A stretch of 58,371 bases of DNA, filler included, from Bipalium vagum (taxonomy: Eukaryota), in assembly GCA_037834085.1 (NCBI GenBank). It is 3 parts of 3 records of this genome, joined end to end, with 100 filler letters (N's around TTAATTAATTAA, not from the genome) between each part and the next. Parts side by side here need not be neighbours in the genome. Positions count along the whole stretch, not along the records: positions 22,438 to 38,354 come from JBBMKC010138490.1; positions 38,455 to 58,371 come from JBBMKC010264492.1; 1 more part is not named here. One strand, given 5' to 3'. The notes under the pieces were generated by a model, which was not told the origin of the DNA, made no database searches, and saw only the letters and a program-made list of their open reading frames with translations. This document shows, piece after piece, positions 37,291 through 51,700 of this stretch (positions within the stretch are counted from its first letter, which is position 1; every line of letters begins with the position of its first letter). Made by a program: the position numbers and the translations under genes.

Positions 37291-38354
37291 TGTAATAGTA
37301 TTTAATTGATATTTCAAATATTTCAATTTATTTTTAAATTAAAAATTAAAATATTTTTAAAATAAGATTTTTTACTAGTAAATTTTTTTAATTTTTATTT
37401 TTAATTAATTTACTAGCATCTAGTGATAGTGAATAACTATCACTTAGTAACATGCATTAATTATATTGTTGATATTGTTATAATGACAATCGTAATCATA
37501 ATATAACTATTGTCATTATAACAATACAAATAATAATTTATTCATCAATATTTTATAGCCGAGGTAAAATTTTATTTTACCTTTATTTTTATTTATTTTT
37601 ATATGAAATAATTTTATGTTTTTAAATTCATTTCAAAAATGTTTTTGAATTTTACCCCAAGAAAATGAATATAGATTATGGAATTGTGGAGACTACGAGA
37701 ACCATTACCAACAGCGGCGAAGCCATCGAGTGCAGTCCCAGCCAATTCCGACAACTGGAAGTCATTGTGAAGGGATTAGTCCTTAACATTTGTTCATAAC
37801 TAACAATTATCCATGATATTTGTGCATGACTCAAATTTTGTATTTGTAAAAAATTTTAATATTATTTATTTTTAATCGTTTATTCTTTTCTGTTGTGAAA
37901 GAAAAATATATGTAAAACAATTCTGACCCAAAGATGAAGTGATAATTAAAATAATTAAATAAAAAATTAAAAAAACAATAACCAAATAATAATAAATTAA
38001 TAATAATAAATTGAAAGTAAATCATATGATAAATAAGATACAGTATCAAATAATAGATTAATACGAGGGAATTATTATTATTAGTATTATTAGGATGTAG
38101 TTTACATTATTATTTTTATTATTATTATTAGATTTATGAAAGAAAAGTTTTAAAAGTAACATTAAGTTACTAAAAATAAAAAGTTCAAAAGAATTTTATA
38201 GATAAATGGTAAAATTGGAAAGAAAGCAGGTAAAGCAAATTAATTAAGGAAAAAGGCAATTACTAAAAATAAAAAATAATAGTGTTAGCAGCTATTTCAA
38301 TGAAGTCACTCATAGTTTCAAAAATTTTATTAATCCAATAAAAATAAAAATACT

Positions 38355-38454
38355 NNNNNNNNNNNNNNNNNNNNNNNNNNNNNNNNNNNNNNNNNNNNTT
38401 AATTAATTAANNNNNNNNNNNNNNNNNNNNNNNNNNNNNNNNNNNNNNNNNNNN
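38355..38454. other. Artificial assembly spacer N44-TTAATTAATTAA-N44
   Basis: Identical to the first spacer. Confidence 0.97.
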
Positions 38455-41400
38455 GTTAAATCGATTGGTTATCCTTTGCTGTGCAATTAATGTTTAAGCT
38501 AAATAATTTATTTTAAAGGTTAATGTCAATATATAATAAATTTTACTATTTTATTTAAATTGTCACCAGTTTATTAATCAAACTGATTAAGTAAAACAAA
38601 CAGCGAGAATTAATGCAACAACCCAATAATTTAAAAATATTTTGTCATTAGCTCGCGGTCATTGAAAATCAAGCATAAAAATATTAGACACCCTAATCAA
38701 GTTCGCATTAATCGGGTTTCCTGTAATAGTTTAGATTTTGCATTTAATGTTAGTTTAACAATCATATATGTAAAAATAAAGCTAGAAAAATGGAACTGAG
38801 TCTTAAGAAGTTCAATCTCACCAAGAATTTTTTTTATATTTACTAAACTATTCTTATTCGGTAAACTTAATTAAGAATTAAGAATAAATTTTATTAAAAT
38901 TTTCTTAATAATAATTTTCTGTTCTGCTTGAAATATAGTCTATAATATTGATAAACTAAATAATAAAGATTTTGTCAAATACAAGGCAGTCCCATAGACA
39001 ATTTATAGACAACTCACTGATTTGCAAATTAATTAAATTCTTAGAAATTATTTTATAAGGCCAAAATAATAATAATTTATTAAAATTTTAAATAAATTTA
39101 TGAAAAATAACTTGTCAAATTTCTTTATTCAGCTTTTTATTAAAATAATAATAATAATTATTATTATTGAAGAAAAATCAATTAATTGTTTTACTTGCAA
39201 TTATTATTGAGTAAATTTTAATTCAATAATTTAATATTATAAATTCACAGAAAAATAATTAAATTTTAATGTCTTTTTATAACATAACGGTTTCTTTCTT
39301 TTAATAGTTTTAACCTTGAATTTTGACCATTTTTACTTTATTACATCTTTTATAAAGATTCCTTACATACCGGAGTATTTCAACAGAAAAATAAAACTCA
39401 TTTTACTAAATATTTATTAGAGAAATTTATTAGAGGAAATTCTGACGTTGAAGAATGCCGAGAAATGACCTTTCTTTTAAATTTTATGGGATAATTTATG
39501 GAAGACTTTGAAAGGAGAACCTAATTAATTTTTGAAAAAATGATGAAGATTTATTTTTATCCTACTTTATTTGCACTTTATGATTCCATATGGATATTTG
39601 AGATCCATCATCAAGTATTGTTAAATCAGGTTAAATTCTCGCTGTCAAATATAAGATTTTTAAATAAACATTCAGGTTTTATGATTATTTTAAGGTAACT
39701 TATGTGCGAATTAACAACGAGAAACATGTTAAAATGTTAAACGATATATAATCAAGATTTGAGTCCGATCAACTACTATATATGGTGATCCTTGAAATAA
39801 ACAGATGTACGAACTTTTAGAAATTTGCCGAGTCACAGAATAACGACTTGGTAAACGATTCAAAGAACACTCACTAAGAAACAATAATTTCCTGGACTCC
39901 TTCGAGCTTCTATCGGTACGAAAGGAAGAAGTTCTGTAAGCATTTTTACATAAAATTTGATGTCTTTCTTTGTTATTTTATACGTTTTATTTTATAATAA
40001 GATATTAAAAGCAACACAAGAGAAACATACTAATATATTACTTTAATTAATATACATTAATAATTTTTATATTTTTTTATAATTAGATTAAGTTAATAAA
40101 TGAAAATTTTTTAATAATTAATAGTTAAATCAATCAATTTTGTTTTAATTTAAAAAATTAAGATTAACAAATTTTAAAATTACAAATTAATCAATATTGA
40201 ACTGGTAAACCATTTAATAAACTCTTTATTAAAATCTAGATTTATGAGGAAAGCCATTTGAACCTTGTAATTGAATTTATTAATATTTTGTGAAAGTTTT
40301 TTGCTAAAAGACCAAAAATTGTGTGAAAAGGATATTATGATATTGCCTGAAAGATTGCAGCAAGTTTTTAATAGTTATAATCAATATGTTATTAATAAAA
40401 ACATTAAATTTTTTTAAGATTGGCTTTTTTATTATAAATTAAAAAACCGAATGATTTTTCGGTATAACATATATTAATTCCAAAAATCTCTATTCATTAA
40501 ATAACTGTTCAATAAATACAACCAAAAATTAAGTTTATTATTGTTTCTGTTGATTAAAACAAGAAAATAATCTTATATGTCCTATGATTAAAAAATTTTT
40601 TTTATCAATAAAATAGAAATAATTTTAAAAAAAAATAAAATAAAAATAAATAGAAAATATTTTAAAATGAAATTTTTTGAATGAGAATTAAGAAGCGAAT
40701 TGAAATTATAATTTTGAAAAAATATAAAATAAATTTAATATATTAAAACATTTTAAAAATGAATTTAATCATTGAAATTCGTGAAAAATAATAATTTTCT
40801 TCTTATTAAAAAGTATACAATAGTATTTTTATAAAAGTATTAGTAAAATAACTTTATCAAGTCCATTTATTATTGCTTAAGAGCACCAAAAATTTGTAAG
40901 GTACTAATTAGTCTGATTTTAAACAATAGATGGTTGCACTAAGTTCTAAAAATATTAGTTTCCAATTGAAATAATATCGTCTGGGCACCGAACTACATTT
41001 TGAAATTATTGTAGATATCTAAAAAAGTTATTTTATTATAGAACGCCACAAACCTTGTGTTTCTATTATGAAATAGTTTCCTGATATTGTGATCATTGTT
41101 TAAATAATAATAATCAATCGGACATAGAATAAATATTAATTTATTAATTATGTAACATGTTTAATTTTATTTATTTACGATACTAGTTCTTTCCTTGAGA
41201 AAGTATTTCAGTTAACTGAGTGCTTATAATTTTAAAAAAGTATTATTTAAAAATTATTTAATTTAATTATTTCCATAAAAAATATTTTATAATTTACTTT
41301 CAGTGAAAAATTAACAAACGTTTTGAACCATATTAACTTATAATCCCTTCATAACTTTAAAGAAATCAAAATAAAATTTTTCCAAAGTATCAATAATTGA

Positions 41401-41560
41401 AAAGGAAAGGTCCAGACTACTTAGTTTTTCACGAATTTTAATTTATTTTATTATTGTGCTATGATGGCTGTTAGAAAATTTTGGAAAATGACATGATTAA
41501 TTTAAAAATGAAGTAAAAATATATCAGCCATTTTAATGTTTCATCTTAAGTACTAACATA

Positions 41561-42087
41561 CCGTATTTGCCAGAATATAGGCCACACCGGATTATAAACC
41601 GCACTCTGACAGTTTTCCACAGAATACAAAATTAACATATTAGCCACATCGGACTATAAGTCGCGTTATTAAAATAAGAAGTGTGAGGAGTTTAGACCCA
41701 TTTCAAATAAATCAGTTTAAAAGAAACCTACTAGTAACACTAAATAATATATTTACCAAATTATATATTTAGTTTTGTAAGAATTCAAAAGTTTCATCAT
41801 ACTCAGAATTCTTATCAGTTACTTCATCTGAATCCACAGCGGAATTTTTTCCTTGTACGTCAAAACTATTTTTATTATCAAAACTATTACGAAAAACGTA
41901 AATTATTATAATAATTATAATTATATATTAGACATTTTAAATGAGATGTTTAAAGACTATTTAAACAAACATTTTTATTTTTTATTGGAGCCAGGAAATT
42001 TTAAGAATTTTTAACATACAAGTCTCAACACCTAAATTATAATACATTTCAGGTTTTTGGGCGCGGCTTATAGTTCGGCAAACACAG
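41561..42087. mobile_element. 527-bp pogo-type non-autonomous element
   Basis: Imperfect TIRs CCGTATTTGCCAGAATATAGGCCACACC and rc CTGTGTTTGCCGAACTATAAGCCGCGCC, TA flanks, internal ggaYtataa.Ycgc repeats. Confidence 0.75.
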
Positions 42088-43729
42088 TAGTTTTAATATC
42101 TATAGATAAAGTCATTTGTTTAAATGCCTTATCAACATTAGTTGTAAAATGGAAAAATTGAATACCGAGGTATCATAAAGTTCTTTGTCCTGGATTGTCT
42201 ACAACAGAAATCCATATAATGATGGTCAAAGTATTAAAAGAAATTGTCATCTCATTTTCCACAGTTCACATATGGGGTTTGGGTTTTTGACGTAGTCATA
42301 CAATGATTGAAGATGACTCAAGCATGCATTTCAGTTGAACGAGTTGGGCGGATTTTCAAGATATAAAGAGGAAAAATTTTTGTATGTCTTATCTGTCAGC
42401 AGTAGATAAAAAGTGAATTCACATGCAATTTTCTCAATCATTCCTGGATTACTTTCAGCAAATGTTGTTTTTTTGGAGTAAAATTGGACATTTTAAATTT
42501 TGTATTACTTAAAGAAAAAATGTAAAAAAGTGATATCTCATTAACTAAGCAGTGATGTTTGATTTCACAAATATAATACCAATTTAAGTTTTAATAGAAG
42601 CAGACATTTTAACGTAATATTTTAAATACACTTAATAATATATATTTATATAAACCCAGTAACATTAATTAATAAATAAAACTAATAAATAACCTTAATT
42701 CATACATTCTTGTGTCAAAGACGGATAAATTGGTCACATTTTTTTCTAAAGCTCAAAATACACTCACAATTGATATATTATAATATATGAATACTTGAGT
42801 GAATTTCTTTTGATCTTATTAGAATAACAAGTAATTTAATAATATAAAATAATAAGAAATAAAACTTGATTTTTCATCATTAGGAATGCCCATCTTTTTA
42901 AATTTTTTATTGATAATATAATCCTAAAATAGTAAATATTTGTGCCCTGATATATATTTATAAAGCAGGAACGCAAATAAGGGAATAAATATGGACTAAA
43001 TATATAATTTTTTCCAACTAAGGAAAATTGTAAATTAATCCGTACCTAAAAATTATATATATAATATATTAAAATTTAAAAAATATATTTAATTTCAAAT
43101 ATAAATCTAAAGCCAAAAGAATTTTCATTTCCCAATTATATTAAAAGAAAAATAATCCAAATTCATTTTGAATGGATAGAAAATTTTATTATAAATTAAT
43201 ATAATAAAATTAATCAAGATCACAAAATGAATAAGATAGAACAAATATTTTTTACTAGTTGAAAACTGAATGGTTTGTGATTACCACAGATTCCTGTTGA
43301 TCGAATCCCTTCCGAAATACATAGTCCTTTTTCGAATTAATTTTTTCTAAATTATTAAAAATAAATCATAAAAAAGACAAAAATTCTTTCACGATAATTT
43401 GGTGAAATGTTACATGTCACCTGGGATAAAATTAAAATGCTAAAATTCCATTATCAAATTATTCACAATTTTAGACAATTTTTCGTTTTAAACATTAAAA
43501 AACTGTCATTATTTTCTTTTAATTGTTAATTCATAAGTCTTATAAAATATTGTTAATATCAAATTTTTGTTTTCCATACTGAAGATGTTCTCTAGATCTC
43601 ATGTTCCCAAATACTATTTTTGATATTTCAGAATATCAAAATACAAAAGAGCTTTATGAAATTTACTTTTATTAAATAAAATGATTTTCTTTCCTAAATA
43701 ATCGATTGTTCACTAAGCTCGACTAATCG

Positions 43730-44110
43730 AATAATTTTGGGGACTCTCGGATCTGCAGGGGTATAGTAGCAGCTGGGAAGATCAAAATCGAGAATTAAGT
43801 AAAGGAATAACATCCCAGTTGAAGAATATTGATTTGAATCTCGTCCAAGACACGATGAAAGGTGTTCGTGGAAAATGGCTCAACATTGAAAATTGTCTCA
43901 TTGGATTATTATATTTTAAACATTTTATATTTTTCAAAAAGTAACTTATGAACATCCGTTTTATTTTGTTACAAAATTTTTTGACCACCAGTTATGGAAC
44001 TAAATGAGTATTATTACCGCACATAGATGCATAGATAGTCGAGGTTCGTCAAATACCAAATACATTTTGTGGTTCTCCAATAAAGATTTCGATTATTTTG
44101 AGAATAGATT
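43730..44110 (-). mobile_element. Possible LTR-retrotransposon integrase relic
   Basis: Weak ordered resemblance (GEPQNV, FLKNIK, WDVIPLL, ESP) to the rve core C-terminal half; heavily decayed. Confidence 0.35.
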
Positions 44111-44399
44111 TTTTTACAATCACAGTTTTGTTTTAAAATGACAAAAGTTATGTTAGCTTTTAAATGTTTTAAACATAAAAAAGCCTAAAGTACAACAGAC
44201 AGTCCTTAAAATGTTGAAATGGATTACTTCAGGTACCTCTGTAAAATTAACTAGGATCACGAAAATAATATTATATGATATAGATTAACTTTATGATGAA
44301 ATGTCTTTGAAACAAGTACTATTTGTATAAATAGTTTACTTTCAATGGTTAGGTAATCTAAAATTGCCTATTTTGAAAGTTTTCATTTTTAATGGCTCG

Positions 44400-46740
44400 A
44401 AAGTAAGGGAAAGCATTAATTTCGCATAAATTTGTTCAGGCTACAGAAAAAGTGAAAATTAGTAGGTGAAAAGTCGGGTGAATATGATGGATGAATAAAA
44501 GCTTTTTATCAAAGAATCTTTAATTTGGATAGTAATTGATACAAGATGTGGCCTGACATTGTTTTGTAGCCTTAGACTTGTAACTATTGGCCAAAAAGAC
44601 TGCTTAATCATTTTTCTTACATTTCTTGAAGCAATTTCTACAGTGAGATTTTTCTGTGATATTTTGATCAGGCTCGAGAAACGAATAACGAATAATTTCT
44701 TGACTAGATCAACATAATCTTTAACTATGTTCTTCCTAGAGTAAATTTTTGTTTCTGCAATGGTCTTTGAAGCTTCAGATTTTTTAAATCAGCCTGCTAT
44801 TTTATAACAGGATTTATTTTTCATCTTATTTCATAATGTATTTCAAAAGGGAATCATTATAATGCTTCTTAAGTAAAAAAGACTTGGGTCAATTAATAGA
44901 AAAACCGCCTGTTTCGCTACTTCATCTTTCCAGTTTTTTTGATGTAGTGACATATGGTGGCTATGGACACCTGAAAATTCTCCAAAAACAGAAGAGAGTA
45001 ATCAATGAATCATATTCCATTCCATTTGTGGGACCTCGTCATCAGTTGTGATCAGTAGTTTTACAAGATCTAGGGGAAAATTGTCAAGAGCGATTTTCCA
45101 AAACCCACGTTTTATTCAGTCTCGTCCTCTGTTACAATATTCTTCATAAAACTCTGTCCAAGAGAATGAAATAGGTTCAGATTTTCTTGACATGCTTTCA
45201 TTCGCTTTTGTCACATCTCCACTGTCAAAAATCGTAGGACATATCTGCAATATAATTTTCTGACTCCAATACTCTCTATTATGTTCTGCACAGCCATCTT
45301 GCTTAAATTAATTTTAGTTGAAAGCTCTCTCTGGGCATTTCCCCTTTCTTCTTTGACGATTATCTTTAATTTTAAAAATTTTTGTTCCCATATTTCTGTA
45401 GGTCGTTCACTTTTTTCTTCGTCAAACACTTTGTTCCTGACACAGGAAAACTCTTTGATCAAGTTGTCTACAGTCGCCTTCATTTCCAAATGTTTCCTCC
45501 AGTTAAGAAATAATTTCCTTCTTTTCTGTCTACTTTAACAGCAAAAACCGTATGATGCTTCGGAATTCCACTTGATGATACATTTTTTTCAAAAAAGGCA
45601 TACATAATGTCAACAAAAGCTTACAAACAAATATAATAATATACTTACCTATATACAGTATAACCTGCTTAAGCAGAACCCGTTTAAACAAAATTTTTCG
45701 CTTAAACCGAACAAATCTGGTCCAATATTTTCGCCTTCCTATCCTTACTATTAATTTTTGTTATGTTTAAGCGATTTTGTTTAAACAGAACAAATTTTAG
45801 TTTAAGATTTTTAATTTTTAACTTCTAATAATTTCAATTTTGTTTAGTTTTCATTTACTTTTTAATTATTAATTTATAATATTATATTCGTCTTTCTTTA
45901 GTTTTTAAATTTATGATTAACTTTACTTTTATAAATACCCCTTTTGAAAGCATTGATTCCGAATTACTGGATGCAGGAATAATAAAAGATTTTAAAGTGA
46001 ATTACCGAAAACTTTTGGTTGTTCAGTTAACAAACTGTATTGACAAAAATCAAAAATACAATATTAATATTTTTGATGCAATTCAAATGATATCGGATTC
46101 TTGGGAAAGAATATCCTCAGGAACAAGTTATAATTGCTTTCATCATTCAATTTTGTCGCAACAAGTTAACATTCCTGGGACTTCTAAAGATGTAAATGCT
46201 TTAATTGAGAACAAAATTAAAGATGAATCTAATGTTTTAGCCGAATTTTTGAACCAAGATGAGATTTAGAGGATTATTTAGTTATTGATAATGGTTTGGA
46301 AGTAATGGGGATTGAAGAAACTGAGAATACTCATGGTTCGTCCGAAATTGCTGTATTAGAACCATTGGATAAAACGAATGACATTGAAATTGGTGATGTT
46401 TTAGAGGCTTTAAAAATAGTTAAGGAATACTATTTTACAGAAAATTACAATGAAGTTATTTATATCAACTTAATGTTGGGAATGATCTTAGAGATAGACT
46501 TCAAGAAAAAAATGATCGAGAGAAAAATTACGGAATATTCTAACTTGAAATAAAATTTAATTATAATAACATCGTATTTTATTATTATTTTATTTTAATG
46601 ATTATATCTTTTAAACAGAATAAACTTTTGTATTTCCACTTTTGTTCTGTTTAAGCAGGTTATACTGTATATTAAAATTTCATGAAATTATTTATTATAT
46701 TTCTATACGATTCTAAGGACTTTTTATCCACACCACGTAT
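44400..46740 (-). mobile_element. Decayed mariner element interrupted by a Tigger derivative
   Basis: EEKSERP, IVKEER..RELS and GVRKLYCRYVLRFLT (WVPRxLT equivalent). A TIR-like gactttttatccacaccacgta lies just beyond the Tigger copy. The left end is approximate. Confidence 0.7.
45656..46667 (+). mobile_element. Tigger/pogo deletion derivative (1012 bp)
   Basis: TIR CAGTATAACCTGCTTAA(G/A)CAGAAC matches 23/24, with TA flanks. It retains only the transposase 3' end (LDAGIIKDFKVNYRKLL, INIFDAIQMISDSW, NCFHHS, KITEY). Confidence 0.92.
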
Positions 46741-48439
46741 TATCAATGATATCAATTGTCAAGTTGTTAATACACCCGAAATTTCATATGAAGTAACATG
46801 ATACAATTTAATTTATGATAGAGACATAAAAAGGCACAAAATCAGAATATTCGTTAAAAAATATTTATATTGACGATTGATTTAGTATTAGTTTACAGTT
46901 AAGAGTAGATATGTCTATCTCGGACTAAATTAGTATAACACTAAGTTAATATATATCAATGTATCGGAAATGTATCCATATATATCTTAAAATTATTTTT
47001 TTGTGAATATCAAAGTATTACAAGTTTTATTAAACATTCTGCAGAGCAATCATTTATTTTTACAATTCAATAAATTCGATATGTATTTTTTATGAAATTA
47101 TTTTTATTTTTTTCTACTTATTTCAAATCAATTAATTACTAACATTTGATTGGGTTAAATTTATATTAATATAATTAAGTCATGATAACAGTAATAATAA
47201 TTCTATTTAATATTTATTATTACTTTTTATTGTAACTATATAACTGATTTCAATGTTCATATAATATTATACTTTGGTTCAAAAATATTTTTAATATGAT
47301 TTCTTCAAAAGTGTATCATATTTTATTGACAATATATTTTATCACAATTAAATGTTATAATCTTATTGAAAAATTCATTATTTTTAATAATAATCGGAGA
47401 ATTATGTACTATATGAAATGTTATGCAAGGTCCTAAAAGATTGGAAAATAAAACAATGGTTATTTTGTTGTAATTTTGGAAGTCTTATTATTATTTTGTT
47501 TGTTCGGAAAGTAGCATATCAATTTTATGTCAACATACTTCTAATCATTAAGTTCCTAAATCATCAAATCATTATCCCTACATACATTATTTATCAAACG
47601 ATTTACTTAGATAACTATGATAGTTTTAATCAGTATAATTGATTTGACTTTAGATTTCTGCCAATCTATCAAAAACTTTAAAAATGTTAAATATTTTTAT
47701 GTAGCAAATTTGAAATGATAGAAAAGAGTTACCTTAGGGAGAATGCAATTTTAGTTTACCAGTGACTTCAGCGAAGCATATTTAGGTATAGTTTTGTCTT
47801 TGATGTTATTATATTAAGGAATGTTGATGAATGAGAATTTTTTAACAATGTGAATTCAGTGATTCTCTTCTTTTATTCACTGTCTTCGAAATTTGAAAAT
47901 GTTGCAAAATGTTCTATTGGTAGCGCTCTATTTCTTGCCACCAGTTACTTTTATATCAAGAAAATTTTCATTTCTGAGACTGGAGAGTAGAAGACAGCAC
48001 ATAATTTACTCTCTGGTCGCTATTTAACCATGAAATTTACTGAAGGACCAATAGGCTTAAAATTCAGATTTTCCAATAAACTCTGGGTATCCTTTATTAA
48101 AAACAATCAAAATTATATTTTCTTGAAAAAAGTTTATTTTATTCTTTGGAAGCATGCTCTTATGTAATCGTTGTCACAATAGATTTTTTCTATCCTCATA
48201 CTTTTTTATCTCTCTCCAGTGTTTTACTATAAAATCGAAAATTAAATATAGGGGTTAACACGTCATTTAGTTATTTTAAAATTAAATTGTAGTATATTAA
48301 ATTTATAATTTGTTTTGTATAACTAACACGTATTCCTACTAACAAACAAAATTATTAATTTTAACACCAGTTATTAAAAATATATTTATTTATTCTTCTT
48401 TATTTAAATCAATTAATATTTTATTTAAAAATAATATTG

Positions 48440-48720
48440 GGTCGTCAAGTATGAAGAAGTTCCAACTCAAGTTTCTGGATTTTGCCATAGTTATGTGTGC
48501 AGTGTGTGGTCTAGCGTTATCATGTAATAAGATAGGAGTCGAAATTTCGACGAATTTAGGATGTTCTTCTCTAAGATTTTGTATCATTTTGTCCCGTTTT
48601 TTGCAATATATTTCAGTTGTCAATGATGATCTAGATTTCATGTAATTATAATGGATCACACCTGTAGACTATCATCTTCTATTGATGAATATTAGACTTC
48701 GGAACGTGTTTCGGAGAATA
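48440..48720 (-). mobile_element. Mariner catalytic fragment
   Basis: IHYNYMK..TTEIYC..ILLHDNARPHTA. Confidence 0.8.
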
Positions 48721-51700
48721 CAATACAAATACTCTATTAATTTTTCGCGCTCTGTAATTCCATAGTTCTAAAAAAAAATCATCATGACTTTTCGATTTTT
48801 CCATTTTAAATAGATAATTAAGTTTAGTGTTCTCCAAAATAGTAATATTATCCAAATGTTGAGTAAATCAAAATACTTCGAAATAAGATAAATAAAATAG
48901 TTCAGATGAACAATATTATTACTTAAAAAGTTCATACTTGACGATTCAATAATATTTAGTCATAATTGGTTTTTTTGAAATTTTGATTTTTTGGTATTTG
49001 TAACAATATTTCCAATTGATCTGATTTATTATTATTATTATTAATTTAATTTTTTTTGAAAAATATAAATTAACATCTCTGAGTAATATCAGCTGATATG
49101 AAATTAATAAATTAAGTTTATTTTTTTAATATATTTAATTAAAATATTTGATTAATTTATTTTTAATATTTACTAAATATAAATATTTTCAATAATTTTG
49201 TTATTACATAGAATCAATAGATTTCCACTAATTGTAACGATAATACATATTATCGTTATTTTATTTTTTTCATAAAAACCATAAGGACTATTGTGGTATA
49301 ATGATGAAAGTACTCGTGTTTGAAAGTACTAACTGAAACCGATACATAAATATATTTGAATTATGATAACTATTTCCTTTTTTTTATTTTTTTTTATTTA
49401 TAAATAAATTATATAAATAATAAAATTAATCATAATTAATAAAATCAATAAATTTTATAGAAATAAATGATAATATTGCGGGTTAAAATTTGTGCATTAT
49501 TTTTATATTTCTCATAAAATGATAATTAAATTTTATTTTAATTATTAAATTATATTTGTGGTTTTCTAACTTGTATTACTTTAGTTGATAAAAAAATTTT
49601 TATTAAAAAAATTTATAAAAATTATATTATTAAATAAGATAAATAAAATAAATAATAATTTTGAAAAATACTGAATAAATAATTTAATTAAAAATTTCTT
49701 CTTTGAATTTTTGAAATATTTTATATGAAAAATTTTCAAAAAAAAATAAAATGTATTTTTAAAATTGAATTTTTATTTTCTTATTTAATAGCAAGAAATT
49801 ATTTTATAACGAGATTATAATTATGATAAAGATTTGATTATGTTAATTGATAAAATTTAATGCGGAAAATTCTCTCACACTGTTTCTAGTTTCATTTAAG
49901 ATCATGTCATGTTTTTGTTAAATTCTGTTACAAATGAAGAAAACGCGGCATTGAAGAATTTAATAGAAGTTAATAATCACAGAAATGTTTTAGATTTTTC
50001 TTTTTTTTAATTTATTGAGAACCCCTTTATTTTTAAAAATAAAATTCCATTTCTGTAGAGATTATCCTTTTTAAATATATATGTAATAGTAAAAATTGAA
50101 GGACGACCTACCTGATGATGAAAGGATATTCATTTCGAAATTCTGGGAGCATTCTCTTGTTGCATAATTGTTCTCCAATGTGTAGGCATTTGTGGACATC
50201 ATTTTTTCCATATCTGGCAATAATTGTAAATTATCCTCCTTTTCTAATTCTGAATTATTTATATAAAATTATCGATATTGAACTTATTCCAATTTTTTTA
50301 TTAAAATTCTAAATACTTAAAGCAATGATTGAAATTAATAAATAATAAAATTAATAATAAATTATATCGGAATTGATGAAGATAGGAAAATGAAGAAATA
50401 CATTTTTTAACATTAATATTGTATAATAAAAAATTTATAATATAAATAACACAATTCAATGATTTTTGCTATTAAAACTGCTTCAAGTAGGTTTCATTAA
50501 CACTTTATTTATTTACTTCAGTGATTCTCAACCTTTTTTGTCGCAGTATACTTTTAAACAATTAACAATCAAAATATGGCGGTACACTAACAATAAAAAT
50601 TAGTTTAAGATATTTTTACCTATCTATACTTCATTCTGTAAAAATAGTTTATGAAAATAATCGTCAATGTAAAATAGAATCAGTTGAGAAAATAAAGGAG
50701 AATGTTTATTGAAAAAAGAGTGAAAATTATTGCGAAATTTGAGCCTGTTCATCTTTTATAATCTGTTTATATTCGTAGGTAGAAATGATAAAGCCACCCT
50801 CATCTCGTCTTCCACATTTAACTCTCTTTCTATAGTTAAGTGGTACAAATTTAAATTCGACAAATAAAATTTAGAAAATTGTAATAATATTTTTAAAGAT
50901 GTTTTGGCTATTATGTGATAGTTGCATCTATTGTTTTTACAAAGTGAATGAGCTCTTTTGAATGATTTGAAATTGAAATGAATTATTACAAAGCGAGATT
51001 AGTTCCTCCTCTTCGTTTAAAATTAAATCATGTTCGTTATCTCAAGTGTATTAAACATCAAAATCAATTTTTTACACTTCAGTTTGGAAAGTATTGAATA
51101 ATTTTCGCTACTAGTGTTGATAAATGGTCAATTACTGTTTTATGGATAGAATTATAGGTGTCTTGGAATCGACTCAAAATTTTCTAAATTACCTTCCTTT
51201 ACTTTTTTTTACAATAAATTAAGATATTACATTTTATAGTTTTATTTTTTTAATAATTTTTTAGATTAAATAGTTTTTACTTTCATTTTGAATTTGTGAA
51301 ACCTCATTTTGAAAGTAAGGAAAATCAATTTTGAATTTATTTAAATCAATTTTAAATTCATTTATATGCATAATTAAATACTTTTTTAAAATTTTTGAAT
51401 AGTTGTAAACATTCTTACATGCTGTCAAATGAAGATAGAGAACGAATAATCTATTAACGATCATACCAAAAAAAGAAATAGCTGATGTTTTAAATACAAG
51501 ATTACCAACAGTTATTGCTGTAATAAAGTTATATTAAAGTATATTTAGGTCTATTTAAAGGAAGATAGAGTAGATAATAAGTTCTCTGTTTCTTAACCCG
51601 GACGAAAATATGTTTGCAAAGTGGGAAATTAGCATCAGATAATCGTGTCCATCAGATGAACAAACATTAATTAAGCTTTATAAATAATGTTAGTACATTA

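Noticed and set aside
47730-48095. Moderately complex segment tested as an exon
   Set aside because: All frames tried on both strands contain stops.
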